Shown: positions 19,566 through 29,808 of the stretch, one piece after another
Position numbering within the stretch: the stretch's first letter is position 1
Layout of the letters: the number at the start of each line of letters is the position of its first letter
Assembly (NCBI GenBank): GCA_965204535.1
Contig: CBDBEV010000001.1
Span: 1,888,001-1,952,000, forward strand
From: a bacterium
GTDB lineage: Bacteria > UBA8248
Reading direction: 5' to 3'
Length of the DNA: 64,000 nt
The notes under the pieces: model-generated
Databases searched by the model: none
What the model saw: the letters and a program-made list of their open reading frames with translations, nothing else
Told to the model about the DNA's origin: nothing
Translations under genes and position numbers: made by a program

Positions 19566-21290
19566 ATGACTGAGATGCGTCCCCGTTCGTTTGCCATGTT
19601 CAGGCTTCCGGGCACCGTACGGGTACTCGAATGGGGATGTCTTCTCGTCATCGGCTTCATCGTCCTGTACCCGCTGTTCTGGCTGGTGCTGGGCAGCTTC
19701 CGGCCCGACCCGATAAGCACGGACTTCACCCTCGACGCCTACTTCGCCATATTCGAAGAAGAGTACATGGGCGAGGTGTTGTGGAACACCGCCGTCATGT
19801 CGGTCGGGGTCACGAGCCTGTCCGTCCTGATCGGCGTTCCGCTCGCCTGGATCGTCGGGCGCACCGACACGCCGCTCAAGAACTACATCAACATGATAGC
19901 GATTCTGCCCTTCATCATGCCGCCCGTGGTGGTGGCGGTGGCCTGGGCCTATCTCGGCACGCCGCGCGTGGGCTTCGTGAACCTGTTCTGGAAGTGGCTG
20001 GTCGGCACCAAAGAGCCGCTGTTCGACATCTTCACCATGGGCGGGCTCATCTTCGTGATGGCGCTCTCGCTTGCGCCCTACGTGTTCATCTTCACGGTCA
20101 CGGCGTTCAAGAACATGGACCCGACGCTCGAGAACGCCGCCCACGTCAGCGGCGCGAACCAGTGGCAAACGACGATTTGGATCACGCTGCCCATGGCGGC
20201 GCCGGCCATACTCTCCGGCGCGCTGCTCACGTTCATCCAGTCGCTGGAGGTTTTCGCCATACCGGCGACCATCGGCGTCTCGGGCGGCATATACGTGTTC
20301 TCGACCCAGCTCTGGCGCATGATGCTCGGCATCCCGCCGAACTTCTCGCACGCCGCCGCCCTGTCGATCCCCATCCTGCTGGTTTGCGGTCTGGCGCTCT
20401 GGGGGCAGACCCGGGCGCTGGGGCGAAGCGCCAGGTACACCACGGTCGCGGGCAAGAGCTTCCGGCCCCGGCTCGTGGAGCTGGGCCCGTGGAAATACGT
20501 CTCGCTGAGCTTCGCCGCCTTCTATCTTCTGGTGTCGGCGATCCTGCCGGTGCTGACGCTCATCTACGGCACGTTCATCTCCAACCGCGGACGCCCCCCG
20601 ACCCTGGAATACCTCACCCTGGGCCATCTGGTGGAGATCATCACCGGAGACGGGGGCGCGGTCATCCTCCGGTCCATCCAGAACAGCCTGCTTCTCAGTT
20701 TCATGGGCGCTACCATCGGCATCGCGCTCTCCGCCGTGGTCGCCTACTTCGTGGTGCGCAGCACCTGGAAGGGCCGGGGCACGCTCGATTTCCTCGCGCT
20801 CATCCCGGTGGCCATTCCGGGCGCGGTCATCGCCATCGCCATGCTCTGGGCCTACATCCGCGAGCCGTTCAACCTGTATCACACGCTGTGGATCATCCTC
20901 ATCGCCTACATCACGCGCTTCCTGCCGTTCGGCGTGCGGGCGGTTTCGAATTCCATCACGCAAATCCATGAGGAGCTGGAGCGCGCCGCCGCGGTGAGCG
21001 GCGCGAACTGGGGCGTCGTCTTCTGGAAAATCCTCGTGCCCCTGGCCATGCCGGGCATCGTCGCCGGCTGGATCATCCTGTTCGTATCGATGATGCGCGA
21101 ACTGTCTGCCTCTATCATGCTGTTCAGTTCGAACAAGGAGGTGATCAGCACCATCCTGATCCAGCTCTACGACGAGGGGCTCTTCTCGCACGTGTGCATT
21201 CTCTCGCTCATCATTGTTATCCTGTCGCTGGGTTCGGTCGCGCTGGTGCGCTGGCTCACGAAACAAACGGACGTGGAGGGTCTCACCTGA
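19566..21290 (+). CDS. ABC transporter permease (FbpB-like, duplicated TM domain)
   Basis: Two EAA loops: LENAAHVSGA and LERAAAVSGA. Confidence 0.92.
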   Translation: MTEMRPRSFAMFRLPGTVRVLEWGCLLVIGFIVLYPLFWLVLGSFRPDPISTDFTLDAYFAIFEEEYMGEVLWNTAVMSVGVTSLSVLIGVPLAWIVGRTDTPLKNYINMIAILPFIMPPVVVAVAWAYLGTPRVGFVNLFWKWLVGTKEPLFDIFTMGGLIFVMALSLAPYVFIFTVTAFKNMDPTLENAAHVSGANQWQTTIWITLPMAAPAILSGALLTFIQSLEVFAIPATIGVSGGIYVFSTQLWRMMLGIPPNFSHAAALSIPILLVCGLALWGQTRALGRSARYTTVAGKSFRPRLVELGPWKYVSLSFAAFYLLVSAILPVLTLIYGTFISNRGRPPTLEYLTLGHLVEIITGDGGAVILRSIQNSLLLSFMGATIGIALSAVVAYFVVRSTWKGRGTLDFLALIPVAIPGAVIAIAMLWAYIREPFNLYHTLWIILIAYITRFLPFGVRAVSNSITQIHEELERAAAVSGANWGVVFWKILVPLAMPGIVAGWIILFVSMMRELSASIMLFSSNKEVISTILIQLYDEGLFSHVCILSLIIVILSLGSVALVRWLTKQTDVEGLT

Positions 21291-22387
21291 TGCAAAACGT
21301 ACGGGTCGAGAAACTGGTCAAGAGATTCGGCGACGTGGTCGCCGTCGGCGGGGTTTCCTTCGAGGTGCCCAAGGGCAAGCTGCTGACCCTGCTGGGGCCG
21401 AGCGGCTGCGGTAAGACGACCACCCTGAACATCATCGCCGGTTTCGAGACCCCCGACGACGGAGACGTCCACGTCGGCGAGAGGCTCATATCGAGCGCGT
21501 CCGAGAACGTGCTGGTGCCGGCGCACAAGCGAAACCTCGGCATGGTCTTTCAGTCCTACGGGCTGTGGCCGCACTTGCGGGTGCGCGACAACGTCGCTTT
21601 CGGCCTGCAGATGCGCAAGACGCCGAAAAGCGAAATCGCAGGCGCCGTGGAGCGCGCCCTGGGGCTCGTGCGGCTCGAAGGTCTGGGGGAGCGCTACCCC
21701 TCGCAGCTCTCCGGCGGCCAGCAGCAGCGCGTCGCCTTCGCCCGCGCGCTGGTGTACGAACCCGACGTGCTGCTCCTCGACGAACCCCTCTCGAACCTCG
21801 ATGCGGCGCTGCGCGAGGAGATGCGCTTGGAGCTCAAGGAACTGCAAACCGAATCCGGCATCACCACCATATTCGTCACCCACGACCAGGTCGAGGCGAT
21901 GGTGATGAGCGACATCATCGTGGTCATGAACGAGGGGCGCATCGAACAGATGGGCTCGCCGAGCGACGTCTACCAGAACCCCGCCAACCAGTTCGTCGCC
22001 GGTTTCGTCGGCATCTCGAACTTCCTGGAAGGCGAAGTCGTCGCCGCAGGCGTGGGCGACGCGCAGACGGCGGTGAAGGTCGGCGAGGTGACGCTGCTGT
22101 GCAGAACCGCTGGCGTTTCGGAAGGATCGAGAGTGTTGCTCTCGATCCGGCCCGAGGATTGCGTCGCAAGCACGGAAGCGCCTCACGAGGGGACCCCGAA
22201 CGTCATCGAGTGCAGCGTCGACAAGGCGGTGTACATGGGCGGGGTGCTGGAACTCTGGCTGTCTGCCTCCGGCCAGAAAATCCGCGTCCACGGCCACCGG
22301 CTGCCGATACTCGAATCGGGGGCTACGATTTACGTTTCCATCGACCCCGCCTCAATCAACGCGATCAAAGGCGGGTCTTCGACATAA
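21290..22387 (+). CDS. ABC transporter ATP-binding protein (FbpC/PotA-like)
   Basis: GPSGCGKTT, LSGGQQQR, LLLDEP, VTHDQ; ATG overlaps the permease stop (TGATG). Confidence 0.94.
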   Translation: MQNVRVEKLVKRFGDVVAVGGVSFEVPKGKLLTLLGPSGCGKTTTLNIIAGFETPDDGDVHVGERLISSASENVLVPAHKRNLGMVFQSYGLWPHLRVRDNVAFGLQMRKTPKSEIAGAVERALGLVRLEGLGERYPSQLSGGQQQRVAFARALVYEPDVLLLDEPLSNLDAALREEMRLELKELQTESGITTIFVTHDQVEAMVMSDIIVVMNEGRIEQMGSPSDVYQNPANQFVAGFVGISNFLEGEVVAAGVGDAQTAVKVGEVTLLCRTAGVSEGSRVLLSIRPEDCVASTEAPHEGTPNVIECSVDKAVYMGGVLELWLSASGQKIRVHGHRLPILESGATIYVSIDPASINAIKGGSST

Positions 22388-22451
22388 GGATGCCGGGAGA
22401 GTTCCCGCAGGATTGAGCGGCGCCCCGGGGCGCCTGAACGAGGAGGCGTAC

Positions 22452-23846
22452 ATGAGCGTTACCGAACGGATGGCGGAGTTCGTCGTCGAGACGAAGTGGG
22501 CGGATTTTCCGGCGCTGGTGGTCGAGCGCGCGAAAAAGGCGGTGGTCGACACCGTGGGCGTGACGCTGGCGGGGGTGAATGAGCCCGTCGGGCGTATCGT
22601 GGCCGATTTCGCGCGGAAAATGGGTGGCGCGCCCGAGGCGATCATTATCGGGGTGAACGCCCGCGCCGCGGCGCCGATGGCCGCCCTCGTCAACGGGGCG
22701 ATGGGCCACGCGCTCGATTTCGACGATTCGAGCTATCTGCTGAACGGCCACCCCAGCGTGGTCTTGTTGCCCGCCGTCCTGGCGCAAGGAGAGGCGCAGG
22801 GAGCGTCCGGCCGCGAGGTTCTGGAGGCCTTCATCATCGGCTACGAGATTTCGACGAAGCTGGGCGAGGGCATGAATCCCGAACACTACGGCGCGGGCTG
22901 GCATTCCACCTGCACGCTCGGCACGATGGGCGCGGCGGCGGCGGCCGCCCACCTGCGCGGGTTTGACGCCGAGACGACGCGCCACGCGCTCGGCATCGCG
23001 GCCTCTCACGCCTCGGGCGTTCACGCGAACTTCGGCACGATGACGAAGCCGCTCCACGCAGGGCTCGCGCCCGAGGCCGGCCTTCGCGCGGCGGAACTCG
23101 CAGCGGCGGGCCTCACGGCGAGCACGACGATTCTCGAAGCGCCGCGCGGATTTTTCGACGTATACGCGGGCGGCGGCTCGCCTGATGGCGAGGCGATCAT
23201 CGAGAGCCTCGGGCGGCCCTACGCCCTGGCGGAGCCGGGCATGAACATGAAGCCCTACCCGTGCTGCCTCTCGACCCACCCGGCGGTGGACGCGCTCTAC
23301 GACCTGGTGGAGGAGGCGGGCGTTACGGCGGCGGACGTGGCGCGCATCGATGTTTCCCTGGTCGAGATCGCCACGCAGGTGCTTCGCTATCACGCGCCCC
23401 AAACGGGGCTCGAGGGCAAATTCTCCATCGAGTACTGCCTCGCGCGCATGCTGCTGGATAGGGACTTGCGCCTGGAGACCTTCACGGACGAAGCGGTGCA
23501 AAAACCCTTGCTCCAGGAGTGGATGGGGCGAGTTCACGTGAGCACAGACGATATGGGCTGGCAGCCCGGTATGCGTAAGCCGAGCGAGGTGCGGGTATAC
23601 CTGAGCGATGGAAGCACCCTCAAAAAGAGAACGGACGTCTCGCGCGGCTGCGCGCTCTGGCCGATGGAGAATGAGAAGATACGCTCCAAATTCCGCGATT
23701 GCGCGAAATCCGCTCTGGAAGCAGAGGAGTACGAAGAGGTTCTCTCGCGTCTCGAATCCTTGGAAGCGGAACCCGGGATCGATTCGCTGATGCGTCTTTT
23801 AGGCGGCGCGGGCGCGCGGGAGCGGACGGCGGGACAGACGGCGTGA
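22452..23846 (+). CDS. MmgE/PrpD family protein
   Basis: NGAMGHALDFDD, GHPS, GWHST, TKPLHAG, KPYPCC; AGGAGG RBS before 22452. Confidence 0.92.
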   Translation: MSVTERMAEFVVETKWADFPALVVERAKKAVVDTVGVTLAGVNEPVGRIVADFARKMGGAPEAIIIGVNARAAAPMAALVNGAMGHALDFDDSSYLLNGHPSVVLLPAVLAQGEAQGASGREVLEAFIIGYEISTKLGEGMNPEHYGAGWHSTCTLGTMGAAAAAAHLRGFDAETTRHALGIAASHASGVHANFGTMTKPLHAGLAPEAGLRAAELAAAGLTASTTILEAPRGFFDVYAGGGSPDGEAIIESLGRPYALAEPGMNMKPYPCCLSTHPAVDALYDLVEEAGVTAADVARIDVSLVEIATQVLRYHAPQTGLEGKFSIEYCLARMLLDRDLRLETFTDEAVQKPLLQEWMGRVHVSTDDMGWQPGMRKPSEVRVYLSDGSTLKKRTDVSRGCALWPMENEKIRSKFRDCAKSALEAEEYEEVLSRLESLEAEPGIDSLMRLLGGAGARERTAGQTA

Positions 23847-23876
23847 GGGCCCTGGAGTCTTCGTAACGATCGATGG

Positions 23877-24446
23877 CTAGCGGTGCAGCCTCTCGCACCG
23901 GGCGATGGCGGCGGATAGTTTTTCCTGCGGCTCCGTCCCGATGTTCACCGCGAATTTGAGCCCCGAGAGCTTCTGGATGCACGCCTCGTAGGGGAGATTC
24001 CGGAAGGCCAAGGCGAAGCGCTCGCATCCGTCCGCATTCCCGTCGAAGCTGAACCCTATGATATTCTCCGCTTCGTCGGCTTCCACCTTGATCGTGCAGT
24101 GGTGGAGCACCGTTTTTTCCACCTGATGCGTTTCGCACACTCTCCTCACTTCGCGGCGGCCCCGGGGGTGGAACACGATCTCATCCCGGCAGATGGTCTC
24201 CGGCGCGAGGTACGTGAAGGCTTTTCTGTGGTCCCAGGTGTAGACTTTCCGGTCGCCGACGCTGACGTCGCTCTCCGGATACCCTATCTGCTGGACGAGG
24301 CTCTCGACGGGAGCGCCCACCATAGAGGACAGCCCCTCCCGCAGCACGCCGATGGTGGGGAACGTCTGGACCGCGCAGCCCGTGAGCAAGAGGGCGAATG
24401 CAATGGCGGTGGAGCATTTGAGCCCTTGGGCGTTAAGGCGGGGCAT
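23877..24446 (-). CDS. Putative lipoprotein
   Basis: Lipobox LLLTGC after a hydrophobic stretch; GGAGG RBS upstream. Confidence 0.6.
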   Translation of the reverse strand: MPRLNAQGLKCSTAIAFALLLTGCAVQTFPTIGVLREGLSSMVGAPVESLVQQIGYPESDVSVGDRKVYTWDHRKAFTYLAPETICRDEIVFHPRGRREVRRVCETHQVEKTVLHHCTIKVEADEAENIIGFSFDGNADGCERFALAFRNLPYEACIQKLSGLKFAVNIGTEPQEKLSAAIARCERLHR

Positions 24447-24703
24447 GCGGAACTTCCTCCGGGAATTCTTGCGTGAAACAGCGGCTTGCGAATGAGATAT
24501 TACCACATTCTTGAATTGCCGAATCGCCCGCAAGCGCACCCCGTGGTTCTCGTGCGTATAACGGATGGATTCTATAGAATGGGCGAACCCGGTGTTGCAG
24601 ATGAAAGGGTTCCCGAGCGCCCGATTGCTCCAACCGGCAAGGGGTTATGGCGTGCACCCTCTACGAAATATGGGGAGCAATAGACAGGAGGAGACGTATT
24701 AAA

Positions 24704-25108
24704 ATGCCGTTTTACAGAGCATCCGAGATGGCCGAATCGCACGTCGCCGCACAGCCCATGGGCCGCTTCAAGGGGCTGGCGGGGGAGTTGATGAAGGTGG
24801 GCTTCGTCACCTATCCCAAGGGCAAGATGTCGAGACCCCACTACCACCCGAACGAGGAGCAGTTCCTCTTCATCCTCGAAGGCAGGCAGTGGATGATCGT
24901 GGGCGATGAGGAGAGTCTGGTCGTCGCGGGCGATCTCGTCCACATCCCCCGTGGGGCGAAGCACGGCGGCGTCATCATCGACGAGGTGCGCATGTTCACC
25001 GCCAAGAGTCCCGCCGGCGACGGGCGTCTCGATCAGGATCACCACGACGCGGAGGACGCCGAAGCGATCGTCCGCCGCCTGCAAGAAAAACTCAGCGAAT
25101 ATACCTAA
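24704..25108 (+). CDS. Cupin domain protein
   Basis: PHYHPNEEQ..ILEG and GDLVHIPRGAKHG cupin motifs. Confidence 0.88.
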   Translation: MPFYRASEMAESHVAAQPMGRFKGLAGELMKVGFVTYPKGKMSRPHYHPNEEQFLFILEGRQWMIVGDEESLVVAGDLVHIPRGAKHGGVIIDEVRMFTAKSPAGDGRLDQDHHDAEDAEAIVRRLQEKLSEYT

Positions 25109-25119
25109 AGGAGAAAATC

Positions 25120-25533
25120 ATGCCGTTCTACAAGATTTCCGAGATGGAAGAGGTCCGCGCCGCGATATCGCCTGCGACCGCCAAGACAGTGCCCGGCGAA
25201 CTGATGAAGGTGGGTATTGTGACGTACCTGAAGGGCGAGGGCGCGACGCCGCACTACCACCCCAACGAGGAGCAGTTCTACCTCGTCCTCGAAGGCAAGC
25301 GCTTCGTGATCGTGGGCGATGAGGAGCGGGTCGTCGAGCCGGGCGACCTCGTCCACATCCCCCGGAACACGCGCCACGGCGGGCGCACCATCGGTGAGAA
25401 GTCCGTGTTCTTCGTCGTGAAGAGCCCCTGCGGCGACGGCGATCTGGCGCAGGACTACAACGCGGCATCCGACGCCGCCGAGGTTATCGACCGGCTCGAG
25501 AGCAAGCTGGACGAACTGAGCGGGGAGGGGTAG
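25120..25533 (+). CDS. Cupin domain protein (tandem paralogue)
   Basis: PHYHPNEEQ..VLEG and GDLVHIPRNTRHG. Confidence 0.88.
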   Translation: MPFYKISEMEEVRAAISPATAKTVPGELMKVGIVTYLKGEGATPHYHPNEEQFYLVLEGKRFVIVGDEERVVEPGDLVHIPRNTRHGGRTIGEKSVFFVVKSPCGDGDLAQDYNAASDAAEVIDRLESKLDELSGEG

Positions 25534-25656
25534 TTCAGGTCGTTGCCGCGTCCGGGGTCGACGAACAGAATTTGCATCAAATAAAACTAAGCAACGATGG
25601 TTTGGTGGAGCGAAGTCATAGAAGCATCCGAAGTTCATACTGCTCGTGTTTGAAGT

Positions 25657-27399
25657 GTGGACGAAGTGGAGAAAATGGGCCCTATGCCGAGCTATGAGCA
25701 CAAGAGACTGGTCGAGCGCATCAAGCATCTCGACGAATTGCCGGAAGACGAAGCGGAGTATGCAAACTGGATCAAGGCTGAAGGACATCTCGGTTTGTTG
25801 CGGGATAACGCGGAAGAAGATGAGCTAATCATGTATGCGTCAGGTGCTAATCCATTAGGAATCTTCATTCGTGCTGTTGTTGTCGATGAGAACAGCATCT
25901 TCCCTTTAGATAAAGATGATTTGCTACGTTGGTGCGCCAATCCGAATAGTTCTTTGGCAAGCTATAACTTTGAAATGGGGAAAGAAATTGTCTGGATGGA
26001 AAGAAACGAACATCTTTTGGGCAGCGAGGCTCTCAGTAAAGCACAACAGCTTGTGTTTAGTCGCCACTTCGATGGCTTGCAAGTAAAAGATAGCTCATAT
26101 TTCGAGATTAAACAGGAATATGCACATCTCAACGAAATCCACTGGCGTCCTGAGCGGAGCGCCTATTGTCGTTTCGATAGGAGTGGAGAATTCGACCATA
26201 TCGTTTCGGTCACATCCAGGAAAGACAAAGAAGACGTGGCACTCGTATCGTTCAAGCGCGAACCTCTGGAACTGTATCTCGCCGCCTCAAACTCTGTACT
26301 GATTCGCATCTTTAACTTCCAATTGTGGCGACAAGGGAATACTGATCGCTGGTCCGGTGGAGATGAAAAAAGGGTAATCGAGAGCGACACCTTCTTTTAT
26401 TTGCAAAAAGTCATTGGTGGATACGCAGGGTACTCCCGGGGCGTGCAAATCATCCGCCCGAGCCACCCGAAATCGCAGATTTTTTCTTCTTTTACAAGAC
26501 AATGGTTTGGGCATGAAGAAGCGGAGCATGTTGAGTTTATAGCGTACGATTGTCGTAATGAGCGGGTCACAAAGATTTCGACAGACCCGGCAGCCACGAC
26601 CGACTATTTTCAAGCTAAGGAAAACGCCCTTCCATACAAGTATTCCCCCGCATTTTTTCACCCTGACGTTTTGCTGAAATACAAAGGGGATAGCGACAAA
26701 TACACGGTCAGCGAACGAGACATCTATTGCCGAGGTGGATGGATGCTCGGTAGCTACGACGTGAACGAGGCCGGACAAGTGCATACCTACATATCTGATC
26801 TTCAGGCTCTACCCCATCAGGAACAACTGTACTGGCTGAGCTACAACGAGAAACCTAAAGCGGGGATTTCCAAACGCGCTATGGAAACTGATTTCAAAGG
26901 AGAATGGGCCGACCCCAGTCCTCTTGAGGATGTTGTATCCATTCTGCGCAAATGGACTGAATCAAACCGTACATGGTGGAAGCTTCGAGAAGAAGCGTTG
27001 CTAGAGCGCGTTCATATACCTCGCACGTCAAGCCGCGACGAGTGGGGGAGCGCGTTCGGGCTTCTCGCGAATTTGATCATCGAGGGCTTTCAAATCAAAG
27101 CTATTCGCGCAAAGCTTGAAAAAACGAACATTGCCTTTGGCAAAGATGATCAGAGCTTGGCGTTGCTGGAAAAATTCCTCATCGGACGTGAGAAGTTCGA
27201 CGAAGGTCAGAGGCTTGAAGGGCTAAGAACGGTTCAACGTATCCGAAGCGTAGGGAGTAACACCCATCCCCGTGGTGATACGGCCAGCGATTTGGCGAAT
27301 AATGCTTTGAAAGAACATGGCGCATATTCCGCTCATTTTGAAAGCGTTTGCAGAACGGTCAAAAGCGAACTCGAATTGATTGAGGAGGCTCTTTCATAA
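25657..27399 (+). CDS. Hypothetical lower-GC protein with C-terminal HEPN-like R-x6-H motif
   Basis: 580-codon ORF with lower GC than flanks; helical C-terminus contains IRSVGSNTH. Start may be 25675 or 25684. Confidence 0.7.
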   Translation: MDEVEKMGPMPSYEHKRLVERIKHLDELPEDEAEYANWIKAEGHLGLLRDNAEEDELIMYASGANPLGIFIRAVVVDENSIFPLDKDDLLRWCANPNSSLASYNFEMGKEIVWMERNEHLLGSEALSKAQQLVFSRHFDGLQVKDSSYFEIKQEYAHLNEIHWRPERSAYCRFDRSGEFDHIVSVTSRKDKEDVALVSFKREPLELYLAASNSVLIRIFNFQLWRQGNTDRWSGGDEKRVIESDTFFYLQKVIGGYAGYSRGVQIIRPSHPKSQIFSSFTRQWFGHEEAEHVEFIAYDCRNERVTKISTDPAATTDYFQAKENALPYKYSPAFFHPDVLLKYKGDSDKYTVSERDIYCRGGWMLGSYDVNEAGQVHTYISDLQALPHQEQLYWLSYNEKPKAGISKRAMETDFKGEWADPSPLEDVVSILRKWTESNRTWWKLREEALLERVHIPRTSSRDEWGSAFGLLANLIIEGFQIKAIRAKLEKTNIAFGKDDQSLALLEKFLIGREKFDEGQRLEGLRTVQRIRSVGSNTHPRGDTASDLANNALKEHGAYSAHFESVCRTVKSELELIEEALS

Positions 27400-27480
27400 G
27401 GATTGCGTTGTGTATTCTTTTCTAGGAACTTCTCGAATCTTCATGATTCACCCCGAAACCATCCGCCAAAGAATCCACCC

Positions 27481-27690
27481 ATGAAGGCGATGCGGCTGGA
27501 GGAGGTGGATGAGCCTGCGCGGGGCGAGTTGCTCGTGCGGATGAGGGCGGCGGGTGCGAACCCGAGCGACGTCGCCACCCGCTCGGGCAAGAGCCATCAC
27601 TCGGGCCACCATACGCCGCCTTATATTCCCGGCTTGGAAGCCTCGGGGGAGGTGATCGGAATCGGCGCGTGCCGCTTGAGGCAGACGCGG
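27481..27690 (+). pseudogene. Truncated NADPH:quinone oxidoreductase (MDR family) fragment
   Basis: MKAMRLEEV..GELLVRMRAAGANPSD..PPYIPGLEASGEVIGIG is the N-terminus only; homology ends at the convergent gene. Confidence 0.7.
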
Positions 27691-29808
27691 TCAGTCTCCC
27701 ATCTCCTTGCGTCGGGCGCGATCCAAAATATCGTCTAACCCCAGGTGGCTGCCGGGATCTTCTTGCGGTTCGCTCAAACCCATAAAAGAATTCCGCATGT
27801 GTTTTCTCAACTTGTAATATGCCCGTTCGATTTCATCTGCGTTTTCGGGTCTTCCCTCCTGGTATATCGACGCCATACAGGCATCCAGATAGTCGGACAT
27901 GATGGGTTCGCTTTCTTCCGCTTGCCAGAAGGAATGTTCCGATGACTCTTTCAGTTTCTCATACAGGCGTCGCGGCTCCCATTGCGGGCGCTTCGTTGCC
28001 TTGCACAGGTGGAAATACAGCCAATAAGCGGTTGAATAAGCGTCGTTCGCCCATTCTCCGGCCTGGAGTTTTTCCTTTACCGGACGATATTCCACAAGCG
28101 CCGAGCGGCCCACGATATCGATGATGCGCACAAGTAGTTCGCTTCCTTCGGCGTCGGTCAATCGCAGGTCTTCACCGGGGGCGAAATGAACCGGTTGTTG
28201 TTTTCCTTCGTTGATAGCGATGTTGGATGCGTAAAGGTAGGTTCGGTCATGGGTATCCCGAATGGGATTAAGCCTGCCCTTGAGGCCTGGGAGGTAACCG
28301 GTCGCCTCGGAGAAAATAACGGCGCCTCCTTCTCGTAGAGTATCAAGCTCTATTGCGAGTGCTCCACGGTTCGGCATCCATTCCCGTATCAAATGTGCGG
28401 CGTACCCAGGAGCCGCGGTGAACACTGTCATGGGAAGGTGCGTGGTGTGCAGATCGACGCTCGCCTCGCCGTACTCGTTCGTTGTCGCTCGCTTCCAGGT
28501 CTTGTTTGGAAATATGATTAACAGGTTGGCTCCGGGCAGAGGCCGGCCGGAGGAGCGGACGGTGATAACGGCGCGGGCAGGACTTTGATCCTGCACTGCC
28601 GCGGGAATGGTCAGGCGCACTTCCGATTCGTCGATCAGTTCGTATTTCGGTGATTCCCCGCAGAGTTCCCGGGTTTCGCGCAGAATGATTGGAACGCCGT
28701 CTCCGCGCCGCTCCATGAAATACTGTCTGTCCTCGGAGCCCTGGATTCCCGTTACCGACATTTTCCCCAGAGCGGAAGTCAGCGCCTCGTTGCGGGTTGC
28801 TTGCCGCACTTCCATGCTGTCCACCGTCAGGTTGTTCGGCAGTGAACCGGGCGACTGAATTTCCAGGCGGTCGTCGAACATCGACAAGCGAATCTTGCTG
28901 CCTTGTATCGAATAGTCGCGATGTGCAACGGCGTTGACGAGCGCCTCGAACAGCGCCTTTTCACTGTACTGAGGAAGGTCCACGCGCCCCGGCTCCTTGC
29001 GCGCCGCGACGCGCATGTTCCGCGCCATGAAGGCCATCCCTTCGGCGATCTGCCGGTTCAGCGGGCCGGTGATCTCCCGGGCGTCAATCTGACCAGAGGC
29101 GCGGTCTCCACCTCCGTACCGTGCCGCCGTAATGCAGGCGTTGGGGAGCCACTGCTCGGGGTTGTGAGTACATAACAGGACACCGGCTACGGTGGCCCTG
29201 GTGATACCGGCCGTGTCATGCGTCAAAAGAGCTAGTTTCGTGAGCGCCGATTCGGGATTCACAGCGCCTTCGGCACTCAGTAGCGGCTTCCAAAGCGACT
29301 CGTCCAGGGTATTGAGGCCGGTGCCGGAAACATCCTGCTTGTCGAGTGACGGGAAACGCGCTTGACCACGCCGTTGCGCCAAGCGCAACCTTTCGTCACT
29401 CGTCATCTTTCGCTTCGAGCCGCCTACCCGCAGGTAGCTTCCTCCGGGGCTGTCATGCTGCGAGTCCCCTTCTGGAATTTCTGCCAGCAGAAACGGCTTG
29501 CCCTCGAGTTCCCTGTGATACGTGTGGATGCGCACGGGCGGCTTGATGGAGTCGGTGCTCGTCTCGACCAAGAGTGCGTCCAGCGCGACGAGTTGTTCGC
29601 GGGACATGCCCGGCACCTCGCCCTTGTCCGTAACGCCGCAGAGGAGCACACCCCCGTTCGCATTGGCGAAGGCCGCGATTTCGTTCGCCAAATCATCGCG
29701 GCTCAGGTCTTTTAGGCGATTGCCCCCGGATTCGACCTCCTTGAATTCCCACCGGCTGTCTTCGGCCAATCGCAATTGGCGCGCGATCTCTTCGTCGCTG
29801 TAATTCAT
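27691..29808 (-). CDS. AlbA_2 (Schlafen-like) plus HATPase_c_4 (RecG C-terminal-like) protein with long C-terminal extension
   Basis: EDSRWEFKE, IAAFANANGGVLLCGVTD, EALVNAVAHRDY, DRLEIQSPG, MERRGDG. Confidence 0.85.
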   Translation of the reverse strand: MNYSDEEIARQLRLAEDSRWEFKEVESGGNRLKDLSRDDLANEIAAFANANGGVLLCGVTDKGEVPGMSREQLVALDALLVETSTDSIKPPVRIHTYHRELEGKPFLLAEIPEGDSQHDSPGGSYLRVGGSKRKMTSDERLRLAQRRGQARFPSLDKQDVSGTGLNTLDESLWKPLLSAEGAVNPESALTKLALLTHDTAGITRATVAGVLLCTHNPEQWLPNACITAARYGGGDRASGQIDAREITGPLNRQIAEGMAFMARNMRVAARKEPGRVDLPQYSEKALFEALVNAVAHRDYSIQGSKIRLSMFDDRLEIQSPGSLPNNLTVDSMEVRQATRNEALTSALGKMSVTGIQGSEDRQYFMERRGDGVPIILRETRELCGESPKYELIDESEVRLTIPAAVQDQSPARAVITVRSSGRPLPGANLLIIFPNKTWKRATTNEYGEASVDLHTTHLPMTVFTAAPGYAAHLIREWMPNRGALAIELDTLREGGAVIFSEATGYLPGLKGRLNPIRDTHDRTYLYASNIAINEGKQQPVHFAPGEDLRLTDAEGSELLVRIIDIVGRSALVEYRPVKEKLQAGEWANDAYSTAYWLYFHLCKATKRPQWEPRRLYEKLKESSEHSFWQAEESEPIMSDYLDACMASIYQEGRPENADEIERAYYKLRKHMRNSFMGLSEPQEDPGSHLGLDDILDRARRKEMGD

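Noticed and set aside
18240-21266. 1008-aa minus-strand ORF and other long antisense ORFs (e.g. 13521-14987, 40454-42427, 47114-49039, 53317-55530)
   Set aside because: Shadow frames of well-supported genes in GC-rich DNA, with no recognisable motifs.
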